This document shows positions 12,980 to 26,607 of a stretch of 64,000 nucleotides of DNA, in pieces. This stretch comes from Octopus sinensis (lineage: Eukaryota): contig NW_021829832.1 in NCBI RefSeq assembly GCF_006345805.1, positions 310,001-374,000 on the forward strand, read 5' to 3'. The translations under genes were made by a program, and so were the position numbers. Positions within the stretch are counted from its first letter, which is position 1; every line of letters begins with the position of its first letter. The notes under the pieces were generated by a model. The model worked only from the letters and a program-made list of their open reading frames with translations. It was not told the DNA's origin and did not search any database.

Positions 12980-14200
12980 CACAAACACAAAAATCAGAAT
13001 GCTATTTTTTTAACGCTGGCTTATGAAAATCAATCAGAGACAGTAGTTTCCATAGTTGAAGATTTCCACAACCATATCATTTCCCATACTAAATGGGATT
13101 AATATCAAACTAAGTGGGTTTATGTATGTCAGGAACGTGTTTTACGAATATATCATTTATGATGTTGCTGAATGTTTTAACAGTTCCCCGTATACTGTCA
13201 AGTGCTTAGGTTGTGGTGTCTTTCAGCTTTTGCAGAACTGTTAGTATCTTCACCCGCGTTATTGGCGTATGATTTCTGACACATTGAGTTATGGTCAATT
13301 CTGAAATGAGATGTGTTATCTGCGATTCCTTTTTTGTTAAGAGTTGTCTTCCATTTTTATTTTAAACAGCGACATGGAAATATTCCCCATTATTTTAGCT
13401 GCAACAGTCCAACGCTGATTTGGTGGGTCACCCGGGTTATTTGGGAACTAAGACGTCCACTTTGGCAGTAAATCTCTAGCAGGGGTACAATCAGACTTTC
13501 CACAGCCAATCTTCCTGAGTTGTGTTTAATGTGTCTTTTTTGGCTTCACTTGGGCTTCTACCTAAATTAAGACGATTGATTTATGATCACTCAATATGAA
13601 AGTGCCTTCATAAGACTGAAAGTCCATGTACCTGAATAGTCGATTGTAACCCTGAACTGTCTCTCAGTTCTGATTGGCTTTTCTTTACACATCTAATTTG
13701 TCATGTGCATTGTGGGGTATTTAAACACGTTTGGCGAAGAACAAAATTAAATGCATTTCAAAAATGTGAACGCGTTCTGACTTTTGCGTTCCAGTCACCG
13801 GGAGGGAAAACGATGTAACAATTTTTGATATCTTCTGGACACTCGTAGTCAGGCATACACGTTAATAACAGTCAAATTTAACTTGACCTTCAAACATTTA
13901 TTGGTCGTATAGAGTTGATGGATTGCGAATCTCTACTATATTGTCTGCACCCTAACTCCAGTTGGATAATTCAGTATGCTATAACGTTTTCATCGTTTCT
14001 TAAGAATCAAAAGATACTCCATAAGGACTAAAACATCATTCAACTGTGTTTCAACTGTGCCTTGGAAAGTGGCTCCTCGGATAGCATTAGCACGAATTCT
14101 GCAGGGTTTGTATTAGACATACTGCAACGGAGAAACGTCACTGCGTTGATGGAGATAAGCTATGGACAAGGAAGAGTTGGTACACCGATCCTTGTTAGGC
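12980..14200 (-). mobile_element. Heavily degenerate RTE-like LINE (APE endonuclease and pre-RT region)
   Basis: Residual APE motifs LTVINVYA, GDWNAKV, SDHK, followed by eroded KAPGPD-like and NYRPISL-like segments. Many stops. Confidence 0.55.
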
Positions 14201-14213
14201 AGAGTAAAATAAA

Positions 14214-15024
14214 GCATTATAGCAAAAAAGGAATTATTGCTTTTCGTTCAGGTGGATAGCCACCTCCGAATTTCTGATGATAAAATCGGTGATACGACAG
14301 TGCACGTGGAATCAAATTAGTCGCAGTGGCAATTAAAAAAGCTAAGCCAGACAGATTAAAAACAGCCAAGGCATAGCCACTCCATTCTAACAACTCCCCA
14401 AAATAGTTGGCAGCTGACACAAATGTGAATATGCCCCCTAAAAATGACAAAATCCTAAACCTTCTGGAATAAGATATTCTCCGTGGTTTTTCTCACTGCG
14501 TAGACCACGCAAGAGTGAATCAGAATGAACATTGATGCAAAAGCCAATGCAACAAAGTGTGATTCCCACTATGAAACGTGACCATTCTAAAACGGAGGAA
14601 ATAAGTGAGTGATTGACTGCCCCACATGCCTGGATCAAGCCGTTGATTGAACAAAACGAGAATGCAACTACAAATATCGGGAATGGAGTCGGTTTGCTTA
14701 ATTTTGCCTGAAATGGGTAAATTAGTGACCTAATAATAAAATATGGAGAAATGACCTGTAAAAGTAGTGAATAATAAAAGGAGCAGTGAACATTATTTTT
14801 TGAACTGACAATTCGTCTTTATGAGTGAAGAGAATTAAAATTGGAATAATGAAAGAAGGGATTTCTTGTAAAACCCAGGAAACTGTGGGGTTCATTAAAA
14901 AGCCAAATCCATTTCTAGAAAACCTTCCATAAGGAGCATTCACAAAAATAAGACTAAAATATATGATCGGTGCTGCAAGTATGAATGAATAGGACAGATG
15001 AGATTCATAAGAACATAAATCCAT
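14214..15024 (-). CDS. SRD5A1: 3-oxo-5-alpha-steroid 4-dehydrogenase (SRD5A1/2-like)
   Basis: APYGRFS, SWVLQEIPS, HYFYRSLIYP, NVHSDSLLRGLR, YLIPEGGIFTFVSAANYFGELLEWSGYA, RALSYHRFYHQKF, YPPERKAIIPFLL. Confidence 0.88.
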
Positions 15025-16623
15025 TACGACCTACTTTATTATCTTATTTAAAAAAGACATTTTTAAATAATCAATCAAAGAGGAGAATAAAAAAATATTT
15101 TGTTAGTTTCAACTTGAAAAAGGATGATTATGTAAGAAGAACCAAATGAGCTCGTTCTTTTATTAAACCGACTTTTTTGACGTCCTGAACTCAACAGTGC
15201 CGTCGGTAGTTCAAGTAGACTTTTTTAAGGTTAGGCCCCACTTTAGAAAAGTTTATCTCGTTATCAACATCTCAGGAGAGCCATGGACTAAAAAAGTATT
15301 TATGTTGTCTTAGAGCATGAGGGCCTCGACCATGAGAACGATTTTTCTCCGAGCTGGCAAATACCTCTGCTGAAATGTCACTTGTGTGGACTTTTTGGAA
15401 AATATAATAAGTGAACTCTGTTTGCTCCGTCTGTCACGAAAAATCGTAATCTTGAAGAATTTATGAATATTTTCAACAATTTGATGGATTTTCCGGTACA
15501 TTTATATTTATATTGTTGACAAAAATTGACATTATACAAAGAATAGAAATATTCAATGAATTATTTTAACAGGTAAATAGAACTATAGTACACAATTAAA
15601 GTACTAATATAGAGTATAAATTTTGTCAAAGAAATACTATTCTGTCAAAGAAAATGTTTTTCTTGACTATTTTGCTGACTGCAATTCAAATGTAAAAAAT
15701 ATTTAATTTAATTATAGTAACAATACTTCTGGAGGTATCTCATATTGTTTTCATTTTCATAGTTGATGTGAGTGTGATAACTCAAACTGGTACATATTGT
15801 AATCAAATTAATAATTAATTTAAAGTACTGGAAATTTGCGAAAAAATCGTAAAAAATGAATCACAAAATCATTTGAACAACAAACAGACAGAATGTTACT
15901 ATTATTTTATTTTAGTTCAGTATTTCAAATGTGTAAGAAAATAATGAATTCAGATAGAATTAGTCTTAACAGTAAGAAAATTTTGTTTTAAATAAAACTA
16001 GATCATCTCAGAAATAGATTCGAGAACTTTGATGGTAAAATTTTTTTGTAATCTTAGTAAATGGTAATCCTCGTCCTTTGAGGCCTCCTAAGAAATAAAT
16101 TGAATATAAAATCATTATTAAGAACTAACCTTAATAAATTAACTGATAAAATCTAATTTTATTTGGATTAAATATCATTGATTTATTTAATAATAAAAAT
16201 TCCTGGAGAATGGCCTATTTTCAACAGAATATCACCACAACGCGGTCTGACAAAACGCTTTCCCAACTTTATCAGCTGGAATTTTACTTGACGACAACTT
16301 TCTTGAATTGTACCTCATAAATCCTCAAATACCGCTAAAAAACTCCGATACACCAAAAGAAGTGCTATTCCCATTCCGAAAAGACAGTCACCTGTATTGA
16401 ATTCGTGAAAATACTAATTCTCGTCCTTTAATATCATTTTATTTGACGAACCTCCAAAACAACTGCAAACAAGGGAAAAAACATGCACAAAATACTCTTA
16501 CAAAATCCCCCTTTCCAGTCGTGTTCGAAAAGAATCACACAACTGCAAACAGGATCACTCATTTAAGAACAATTCTTTCTGGTAGAAGTAACTTGGACAA
16601 CATGACAGACTTAAACAAACAAA

Positions 16624-17482
16624 TCATAATTTTTTGTGAACTTTGTCACTCTCGCCTCTACACTCAGGACAGTACCACTCCCCCTTTGGACTGGTCGTCA
16701 TTTCCACACACTCAAAATGAAACCACTCGATGGGACACGCCTCGTTATCACAAGCAACCATACGTCCATGAGCAGCACGGGCACAAAAACAGTAAATTTC
16801 CGTTTCTCCTTCTTTCCCCGCCTCCTAACACTCAAACAACACAAATCACACATTTTCCACATAAGCCTCCACTTTCTCTTCCTTATGTCTCCTCCGTTTA
16901 CGATTTACTGCCACTACTTCATTCTAACACTAAAATTTGAATATTTTAACGTTAGGCAGATTTTCCGACTCACGTTTGTGCCGTCTGTGCTTTTCCGGTT
17001 TCTGTCTTCTCAAAAAGGCGTTTGGAATCGAAATAGACCGGTCAGTGATATCAGAGGCAGAGGCTCCACAGTCTGATGTTATTTGCACAAATAACTGAGA
17101 TTATTAAATTCCTCGTCCATCTGGAACTTTCCAGAAGATGCAATATCCCTCATCATGCACGTTTTTGACAGAATTTTGTCGTAGTATTTGTTGACTAAGA
17201 CTGAAGAACACTTTGAGTACTTTTAAGGACCTCGTTTTTCAATTCTTGTATTAAATTGGCAGATTCGGAAGGGTTGTGAGAAAAGGAGGCCATTAATGTG
17301 TCCATTTTATGTAAAGTATCTTTAGTTGTTGTAATAAGTGAGCTACTTGAGGCATTTGCTTCTATTTGATGGATTTCAGTGAGACGTTGTTGGCACAGAG
17401 GAATCATTTGAGAAAATGTTTTATTCACTTTATTTTCATAGTTTTTGAAACTTTTTTGATCTAATTTAATTCGACTTTCCAT
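16624..17482 (-). CDS. Inhibitor of growth (ING) family protein with C-terminal PHD finger
   Basis: PHD IYCFCARAAHGRMVACDNEACPIEWFHFECVEMTTSPKGEWYCPEC, helical N-terminus, basic linker. Paralog not assignable. Confidence 0.88.
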
Positions 17483-17718
17483 TATTTTTAAAGTCAGAAA
17501 ATTAGAAAGAAAGATACACTTGACATATAATTGTTATATATTATTTTATTATTGAGTCATTACCTTTATGCAAAGATAATATAATAGATACATAAAAAAC
17601 TCATGGATATCATTTAATTGATTATTTTTATCTATTACTTTGCATCGTCCGGTTTGGCTTTTGTTATACAGTAGAAATCGGTTAATTTCATAAATTTATG
17701 TTTAAAATTATAATTTAT

Positions 17719-20700
17719 TTTTTTTTGTTTGTTTTTTTTTTAACGAAGCTAGGTTAGTTTAATTATATTATAAATCGTCACGCTCCGGCAGCCAGTATCG
17801 CGTGCGTGTTGCCACGAAGAACTGCAATTCCGATACGTTGGCGAAGCCAATACCCCTCGCGACTGTCCCTCCTTCGTTTAGCCAGCATCGCCCCAATTTC
17901 CTTGAGAAATTCCGCGGTTTTGGATCCCACTACACCAGACGTCTCTATCGAGATTGGGACAAAACGGAAAAGTTTTCCGATCTCCAAATACTTAGAAATC
18001 TTCGCCTTTTCCGCTGCATTAGCAGCCCAACCGGGCGAATGAATATTCCGAAGAATCATGGAGAACGTGTCTACGCGCGTCGCATCCCATGCGAGTGATT
18101 TTCCCTGGGAGTACGGGAAAAGAGTTATCCCATCGGGCCTTCTGCCATCTCCCCGGTCAAGCCCGATGGGTTCCAGGTGTGCTGGAAATCCTGCGCTCTC
18201 GAGGGCCCGTCGTATTATGTCGTTGAGTGCGGCATGGCGGGGAGCGCGACCTGCACTCCTCTTGCAAGACAAAGGGTGTAGTCCTTTGGAATCGACTATT
18301 CCTCCACACCGGCATCTGTGTTCCTGACAGACGTCAAGACCCAAGCGTTGTGCAACACCGATTCTCACACAATCGTCGTCCATAAGCGTACCGAATGAAC
18401 TGCATGGAAATGCGTGGAGCCATGCACCACTCCCGTGCTGTGCCCCGGATAGCAAACAGACGAGCCGGTGTTGGTTCAACTCCCGCTTCAGGTCATCAAC
18501 GACAGCCTTGCATGATATTGCGTCCCAACAATTCTGTCTCGAGACATCATCTGGGATTGAAAGTCCGGCTTCCTTCCATTGCAAGCAAGCCTTGTCAAAT
18601 ACTGTGTCCAAGGAGAGTCCAGTAGTGTTACGTAGGATTTCCTGGACGAGATGACTGCAGCTTGAAAGCGATGACAGATATGCCGGGAATGCGAAATCCA
18701 GCGCCGACCTGAGACCCGTTCCTCCGATGCGTGTAGGAAGCTTGCATTGATTCCAACCAGGTTCGTCAAAGTGGATGTTCAAGAGCGATTCAGCTGAACT
18801 TCTCAAAGTCCTATCCAGTGTCTATAGAATGTCTTGATGTTCCAAGCAGGGAGAACAACGGAGAGCGTATTGGAGTTTAGGCAAGCCAATGCTATTTTTC
18901 AAAAGGAAGAATGCAGTATGAGCATTGAGTAAGGAGAGTTTCTCCGTAACTCTAGAAAGGCCCTTGTTTTTTTCCAGCAGATGGCACCGCAGTTCCTTTT
19001 CGCCAAGTGGGCACCCAAGAAAGTATGCCCTCTCCCGAGGTAAGACAGTAATCCCAGGTAATATCGATTGGAAAGACTTGACCACGTTGATAAAATCACT
19101 TTCCGAGTATGTGATATTTATCAGCTCCGATTTCTTTATATTTATATCCAGTCCGAGTTTTCGTAGTACAGGCACGGCTTGTGACAGAACGTCAAAAACT
19201 TTTCCCCACGGCCCTCCAATCGTGGCATCATCAAGATACCAGAGGTTCAGTTCCGCGCTGATAGAACGTACAGTTTCGTCGATTGCCAACGCAAAGAGAA
19301 GTGGACCAAGCGGGTCCCCTTGCTGGACTCCAGTCTCCGAATAGATAATCTTGTCCGCAAAGACGAGTGAAGACTTGGTTCCGTAGGCCAGGTAGACGAG
19401 TGGAATGAGTTCCGGGGCTCGTTTGCTTACAGTCTCGAAAATTTGATCCCTCCGCAGTGAATTAAAGGCATTGCAGATGTCAAGCTTGACTCCCATTTTT
19501 GGATTTTGTTCGTTTTTCTGTGTGAAAAAGCACCTTGCGGCATGCACCGCCGCCTCACATCCGTTCTTTACCCCAACTCCGAGTTGGAAGGGGGAGAATT
19601 CTTCAGATATTCTCGGACAGACAAGACTGCATGCAATTTTAGCTGTTGCCTTCTGAAGTAGTTCCCGACCGCGATAGGGCGGGCCCCACCTTCGGGTTTT
19701 TTGAAGCCAAGTAGATGTGCGCTGAAAAGAAGCTCCCTTGCGAGAGGAGGGATATCTCCGTTCAAAATGCGCATAACCAGTCTTGTGATTGATTTGACAA
19801 GGTTGCGGCCCGCCTCCGCAGTAGCCCCAGCCGTGAGATCCTTGATGTGACCTGGTCGCAAGCCATCGAGACCTCCACTGCTGCTCGCCGCGAACGACGA
19901 AATGCTGCGCCGCACTTCGCCTTCAGTAACAGTTGTCCTTGGCATATCTCCCGGGAGCACGAATGGGCGGTAATCTTCCGGCGGACATGGATGTTTTCGT
20001 CTGATCTGCTCGAGGACTTCAGGTGTTGGAGCCAGGACGGTATCGTCGCTGGAAACGACCCGCAACGCCGCCCGGACGTCGCCATCAAGAAGTTTACGAT
20101 TTACTCTCTCTCCGAGTGTATCTGGGCAATTCCGAAAGAGCGTATGATCGGCGTCCGGATGTTTTGCTTTGGAAAATTCCGTTTTGTTAATAGATCGTGA
20201 TTGGAAATCGTGGATATTTTTCTTCATTTTTGAGGAAAGTGAGTTTCCATGCATGGAACTTTCTCTAGTGTTCCGATGTGGCTCCTTTGACTCAGTGTAA
20301 GGTATGCCAAGTGCAAGCGGGGCAAAACCGAAGAGTTTGAGCCAGGCCTCTTGGTCGTTGGACGTGAGTGCATCGTCAATAGCGGAAGCCAGGCATATAG
20401 CTGCAGGGATCCGGACGGGTCTCGGGATCTTAAGTGGAATCTTGTTGGCCTTCCTTTGCTCAGACAAGAAAAGCAGGAGAGAATCCGTATTGTCGAAATC
20501 CAACGGCTCGCTAGAGACGACAGGTTCATTCGATATTTTCGCCTGGGTCTTCCGGCCAAAGCCCATACATACATTGCAGTTCCATAAACTGAGTGAGGAT
20601 GCAGCCTGCCGGGACATCCTTACACATCCGAGGTGGAAAAAGTTTCCGCAAATCGAGCAGAAGAGCCCGTACTTGCGTGCATTGCCACAACCGCACGAAG

Positions 20701-20867
20701 AACACACCAGACCAACTCTCACAGGGATAATGTGCGTAGTGTTGTGTTCTTGCATCTTGGAGACTGTTTCTACGCACTCCATTTGTTCGATGGCTCTTTT
20801 TTTATCTTCTTTTTCCAGTTCCTTTCGGGATAAATTTTGCCCCACAAGAACACGCACGCGAAACTGG
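17719..20867 (-). mobile_element. Full-length CRE-type non-LTR retrotransposon (PHD finger, RT, zinc knuckle, RLE), inactivated by two lesions
   Basis: 12-bp TSD ATTATAATTTAT at 17707-17718 and 20868-20879; poly(A) tail at about 17719-17742. RT motifs GVQQGDPLGPLLF and WYLDDATIGG; RLE RRPDGITLFP...LAWDAT. One frameshift near 19650 and one in-frame TAG at 18822. Confidence 0.93.
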
Positions 20868-21029
20868 ATTATAATTTATATGCTTTCAATTTAAAATATA
20901 TTGGTTAATTGCATAAATCACAGCGGTTAATAGCTTAAATCGGTTTACTGAATTGGGAAAATTTACTATTGTTTATTAAAAAAATTTCCGCTTAATTGCA
21001 TAATTATAATTTGTAATTATTGCACATTT

Positions 21030-21600
21030 TCGTTACCTCGTGTTCTTACACTTTCTCAAACAAAACCGTTACGGGTTGTATGAAGTCTACTGCGACCGAT
21101 TATATGCACAGGAAACCGACATGATCAAATTTAAATACCATTTCGACATCCACAGAACCCAATTCTTCGCTTCAACGAGTATAATCGAAAAACTTTCAAG
21201 TTCCAATCTCACGACCACACCAACCCCTGACAAGAACATCAAAAACAAACCAACACTTCACTACTGCCGTATCCATTCTCTATCAAAAAACCATCGGAAA
21301 TAAATGAACTAATAACAGAATCCTCCTTTAACGCACAACCCGCAAACAATATCCTCAACAATCCCCCACGAAAATAAACTCAGGTGAAAAGGATCTTAAC
21401 CGCAAGAATCGGTCCGAACTCGCAAGATTTCGCTATGGTGATCACCCTTTACTCCTCGACTATCTAGAGAAACTGGATAAGGACGTCGATCCGACGGACG
21501 TCAATGGATCTGCCATGACAGACGACAAACACTAACGCACGTCGTCCTGGATTAGAAAAACCTCAGGTTTATAAGATCATATAAGATTAAATCTCTCCTT
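21030..21600 (+). mobile_element. 3' fragment of an I-like LINE
   Basis: RKNRSELARFRYGDHPLLLDYL resembles the C-terminal LAxxRxGH motif also seen at 45509-46072. Frameshifted. Confidence 0.45.
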
Positions 21601-22029
21601 AACTTGTGGACTGACCGCAAGCTAATGTCAGTTTTCTTCGTTAAACATATCTCCCAATTTTAGGGGATACCGGTTTTAAATAAATAAAACATAACTCATG
21701 ATCAAAGAAATTGAATAAAGGGCAAACCAAAGACATTAAAATGCAAAGTAGGCATATTAATGTATGATACAACCCTTACAAAAATTAATGAAAATAACGG
21801 TGATCAAACCGAGCAGTTATTTTCCTTACTCATGAGTTCCGGGCACGATTTTGTCTTTGAAGTATTTTTTTATGACTCGACTAATATATTTGAAAAATAT
21901 AAATCATTTGGTGTTCAATATAATCATTAAAGTAATTAACCAAATAAATTATATCAGAACATATATGTTTATATCTAATAAATAAATTTTACAAATAACT
22001 AAAATAAACTAAATCTATTAAAAATAACA

Positions 22030-25000
22030 ATTTTGTTTAGTGGTGTAAGGATGGTTGGTTTTTCTCAGTCTGGAAAAGTCATTTCCATGGACGCATCCAC
22101 AGAATACCAAGTAAATGACGCTCAAGAAAATGTGGATTTGTCTGTTCATGGCTGTCTTAATGCCCCTGTCAAATACAATGAAACTCAGCAGCTCTCGTCA
22201 ACTTTGTTATCCTTAAAAGCTATTTGTGAGTCTATTGATTCGTCCAACCCAGGAGAGTGGATGTCATCTCTTTTGAACTATGTCAAAGATCGTCTCAAGC
22301 GAGTACCTAGGGGAGGGTGGCCACTTATGGCCAGCTATTTTAATTCTAATTTGGTAAGAAAAAATCGATATTCGAATTGAAAAAACTTGCTACTACTTTC
22401 CGCGGAAATAATGAAATCACCAAAACTGGACATAATATGAATAGAAAATTACCTGATTTGACACTGTACAACAAAATTTTTGAAGAATTATTAATTCAAA
22501 TTGATCAAAATAAATCAATACCAATCGAAGAAAGGAAGCAAACAAGAAAGATTCAATCTCAGCATGTAAATCATGAAGTGATTGAAATGATTAATAAAGC
22601 CCTAATTGAATACACGTCGAATAACATTCCTGCAAGTATTGAGGATATTTCGTCTTTGATATACTCAGCACAATGTGTATATAAACAGATATCAAGTAAA
22701 TTGACATTCAAGTCGAATTGGAAACAAAAAATCCAAAATAAAATTGAATCTTTGATGGAGAATGATCGGTTAATATCAAAGCATTTTATGTCCACCACTA
22801 AAGATGAGGAACGGAAGAAAGCAGTAGACATTCTCTGCTCCTACAATTATAAGAAGTCTAAAAGGGGGGAGTTTGAGAGAATATCGTCTACAATAAATGA
22901 TCAAATCAAAATTCTAAACAAAAAGTTATCAGTTTCAGATTCAAGAAGGCAATATGGAATAGATAATAGAAACTTCGAGTTGAACAGAAGATCGTTCTAC
23001 AGAAAGCTGAATCCCAATTCTGACAACAAACAAATTGCTGGTTTTGACTCGTCTGAGTGTCTCAAGTTTTGGGGTGATGTTTGGAAGAAAAGGGATAAAA
23101 CTGATTTGGGCCTTGGAGTGAACAAAAGAGTAACTGGAGTGGAAGATAATGCACCTGACGTTAGCGACGAGTTTATATCAAACTTAATTGAGTACCTTCC
23201 TAATTGGAAGGCTCCGGGATGTGATGCTGTGTACAATTTCTTTATCAAAAAGCTGGACTCTCTTCACAAATTTCTTTTCCAAGAGATCAGAAATATTATT
23301 AATGGTGTCAGTCAACCACAAGGATGGTTTTACACTGGAATTACATTTTTAATCCCAAAGAAGCAAACTCTGTTGATCCGAAGGACCTTAGACCAATTAC
23401 ATGCATGCCGTGCTTATATAAATTGGTCACAAAATGTGTGAACGAAAAAATCGCTGTATATGCTGATACTTACGATCTGATAACGGAGTTCCAGTTGGGA
23501 TCTAAACGCCATTGCCAAGGAGCAAAGGAATTAGCGCTTCTAAATAGACGCGTTAATGAAGTTTATGGAAACAATTATTATGTGCATGGATCGACGTAAA
23601 GAAAGCTTTTGACTCAGTGAGTCACGAATTTCTTTTTGAAGTTTTGGAAAACTCAGGACTACCTAAATGGATAACGAAATTTATGATGTCAATAATTCCT
23701 AACTGGAGAGTGTCGTTAAGATTAGGAAAAGAGCTGCTTGGAACAGTTAATATTGATCGTGATACTCCAAGGTGACTCACTGTCACCACAGTTATTTGTA
23801 TTGGTCTTGGATCCATTAAGCAGGATTTTATCTTTAAAATATCCGAGTATGTCAATCAATACTGGTGAAGACAAGTCCTTAACCTTTTCTACCAATCATT
23901 TTCTATTCATCGATGATTTGAAGCTTTTTGCTCAGAAGGAAGAGACACTGGCACGCATGATGGAGGATGTGAACATTTACTTTAAACTGGCTGGTTTGGA
24001 GAAGAATTTTGAGAAATCAGCGACAAATTGTTATTTGTTGAGGAATGAAGCTACATTAATGGATGGACTAGATAGCTATCGCTATCTGGGGGGCTAGAAG
24101 ACAGATGCAGTAATGTTCTTAAAGAGGATGTACTCAAAAATATTAAAGAAGAAATGCAAAAGCGTATTGGAAGACTATCGGAAACTAAACTAAATGCAGT
24201 CAATCTATTTAGAGCAATTAATGAGCATGCTCTATTGCTGATTAACTATTATATCGGTCTACTCGATCTGGAACCATCTTGTTTCGAAGAAATGGACAAG
24301 TTTGTCAGAAAGCTGTTGGCTGATTTGAAAATTCACATGAAGCCAGCCTGTAAAGAAAGACTGTATCTGCCAAGAGATACACTTGGAAGGGGACTTGTAT
24401 CAGTTGCCTTTAAGGCGGAAAAAATGCTGTTGGACTTCAAAACCAATTTGGAAAGGCGAAAGTTAATCTCCTTGAGAAAAGCAGCAATTTTGTGGCCGAA
24501 CAGAAAAGGAAAACCCATATGGCCACAATCACAGAATTCCTGCATTGTAAATATGGAACAACCACACTCGATGAGATTGCTAAATCACTACGTGACTTGC
24601 AGATAGAGTCACTGTTGCTTAGTATTAAAAAGAAAGGTTGCATTCGAAGCTATTTGAGTCGCTTGAGAATAATACTTTTGATATCCCAACATCTTCAACA
24701 TGGCTAAAGAAAGGGAATATATCTCCTAAATCTGAGGCAATGTTCTCTTTTCTTCAAGACAGAAACGTCTTTTTCAGAAACTCTGATGAAAAATGCCCAC
24801 ATTGTAAATCCTCGCCTAAAACCGTGGACCATCTTGCGACGCGATGCAGTAGAATGCTAAATTCAGATTATACCAGAAGGCATAACGAGATTGTGAGGTG
24901 TGTTCACATGCACTTGTGTCGGAGATTTGGAATGAAGAAGTCCAAGAGACTGAAAAACCACTCCGTGCAGTGTATAATGTCGAATAGCTCTGCGGAAATT

Positions 25001-25622
25001 CGGGTCGATACTACAATTCCAACTGAACTAAAAATACAATATAACAAGCCTGATATATTCCTGTATGACAAGAAGGAAAATTTGATATGGATCATTGAAG
25101 TGGGTGTTACCTCGATAGATAATTTGAAATCGGTGGAAGTGGAAAAAATGCATAAATACGACATTCTAGCCAGTGAATTACAATTAATTCACAAGGCTAA
25201 GGTAAAGATTGTACCGATTGTCCTCACGTGGGATGGGATAGTCTCTACATTCTTCAGAAAATATATGGACCTTCTTAAAATCAAAGAAAGTGTGCAAGCA
25301 TACATCCAGACTGTTGGTTTGAAAAAAACAATGGAAAGCATGATAGTAGAACACAAATTTGGCTTCGAAAATATGTCTACCTCAGGTAACTCATTTGACG
25401 AAGGACGGAAATCGGTGAAGAGACGGCGAGATTCTGTAGTTTCCGCCGATGAAGGAAACAACTCCGAAGTGGGAACAGATAGCGGGAAGAGGATTCCGAG
25501 AGTAAACTTGGCGGAGCAAACTAATATGGAAAAGGAAAGTTAATTAGTTAATTAATTATTTTATCTTTCATGTCTAGTCAATTCTAATTAATTGATTTAA
25601 ATTAAAAAAAAAAAAAAAAAAA
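22030..25622 (+). mobile_element. Near-full-length R4/Dong-like non-LTR retrotransposon (RT, CCHC, RLE), multiply frameshifted
   Basis: WKAPGCDAVYNFFIK, LRPITCMPCLYK, ILQGDSLSPQLF, LFIDDLKLF, YRYLG, CPHC...TVDHLATRC, NKPDIFLYDKK...IIEVGV. Poly(A) at 25605-25622; imperfect TSD ATTAAAA(A)TAACA at 22017-22029 and 25622-25633. Confidence 0.9.
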
Positions 25623-26607
25623 TTAAAATAACATAATATAAGAAGATATTTTGATAATTGTAATGTATCATATATGAATATATCTCTTATTTTTTCAAAT
25701 ATTCGACTATGAGTTTATCTATTTTTGGCAAATTTTTAATTAGATATACTTCTAATATTGATAAAAAATTTGAATCAAAGTCGTAAACAATTCTAGGTTT
25801 TTCAAGGAAAGAAAAGAAAACACACATGACTACAGTTGCATGATTTCTTGTTCTCAAGTATAAATCTGAAGATTATTCTGAATTTGATGTAAACTATATT
25901 AAGCAATTGGCAAAAGAATAACTCTAAATTGAAACTGCTACATTCAATATCTATTAAAATCAGAATAACATCCAAAAACTTATTAAAGCAACTAAAAGTA
26001 GAAAATTTTACAGCCACGATCTACTTGCATGAGGATCGGCACATTTTCAAAAGTCACAAAAATGACTGTTGTATAAATATTGAATGGATGGTGACCAAAT
26101 TCTATAAACCAAAGAATGCATATAGATATTCCTATCAGAACATAATCATTAACAGTTATGTTAGTACATAGACATATAATGAAAATCCAAATTTATAATG
26201 ACCAAATTATCAGAACAATGAATAGTATTTTCTCTAAAAGAGAATAAGTAAGAGTGTCAGTTAACTTGTCAGAGTAGTGAGCTTCCTCGCTGCAATAAGA
26301 AGAGGAGGCATATGAAAACTGAGAAAACAAAATTTAAAGTTATTATGATTCGTATTGCTATAATTTTCTGAAGCTCTTTTTAAATGATCTTGGAATAAAT
26401 TTTTCTCGTTTTGCCAAAATAGAGCCATTTTTGGGTCGCGCTGTTCCAAAAATGATGTAGTACTTACTAACAATTATTTATAAATCTAAAGGGGCTATAT
26501 TCTTATTTGGAGTTATTTTTAGGGTCTAAAAAATTAATAAAAATTAGTATTTATCATTTTTAAAATCTTTTTTTTATATATTTAATATTTTAACGTGTGT
26601 GGTGACC

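Noticed and set aside
15130-15480. Possible + strand gene ending in an A20-like zinc finger (CHLCGLFG...CSVC)
   Set aside because: The two halves are out of frame by 2 nt with a stop between them, and no consistent exon chain could be built.
16180-16564. Small membrane protein (PLAC8/Pmp3-like, DWKGGFC...ILCMFFP) just downstream of ING
   Set aside because: Several incompatible splice solutions and only weak motif resemblance.
17802-20894. Many long overlapping ORFs on both strands in the CRE element (and in SR protein and STAM)
   Set aside because: Shadow frames of GC-richer coding sequence, with no independent motifs.
17640-21030. Spliced-leader RNA gene as the CRE target site
   Set aside because: Flanks are plain AT-rich sequence with no recognisable SL exon, donor or Sm site.
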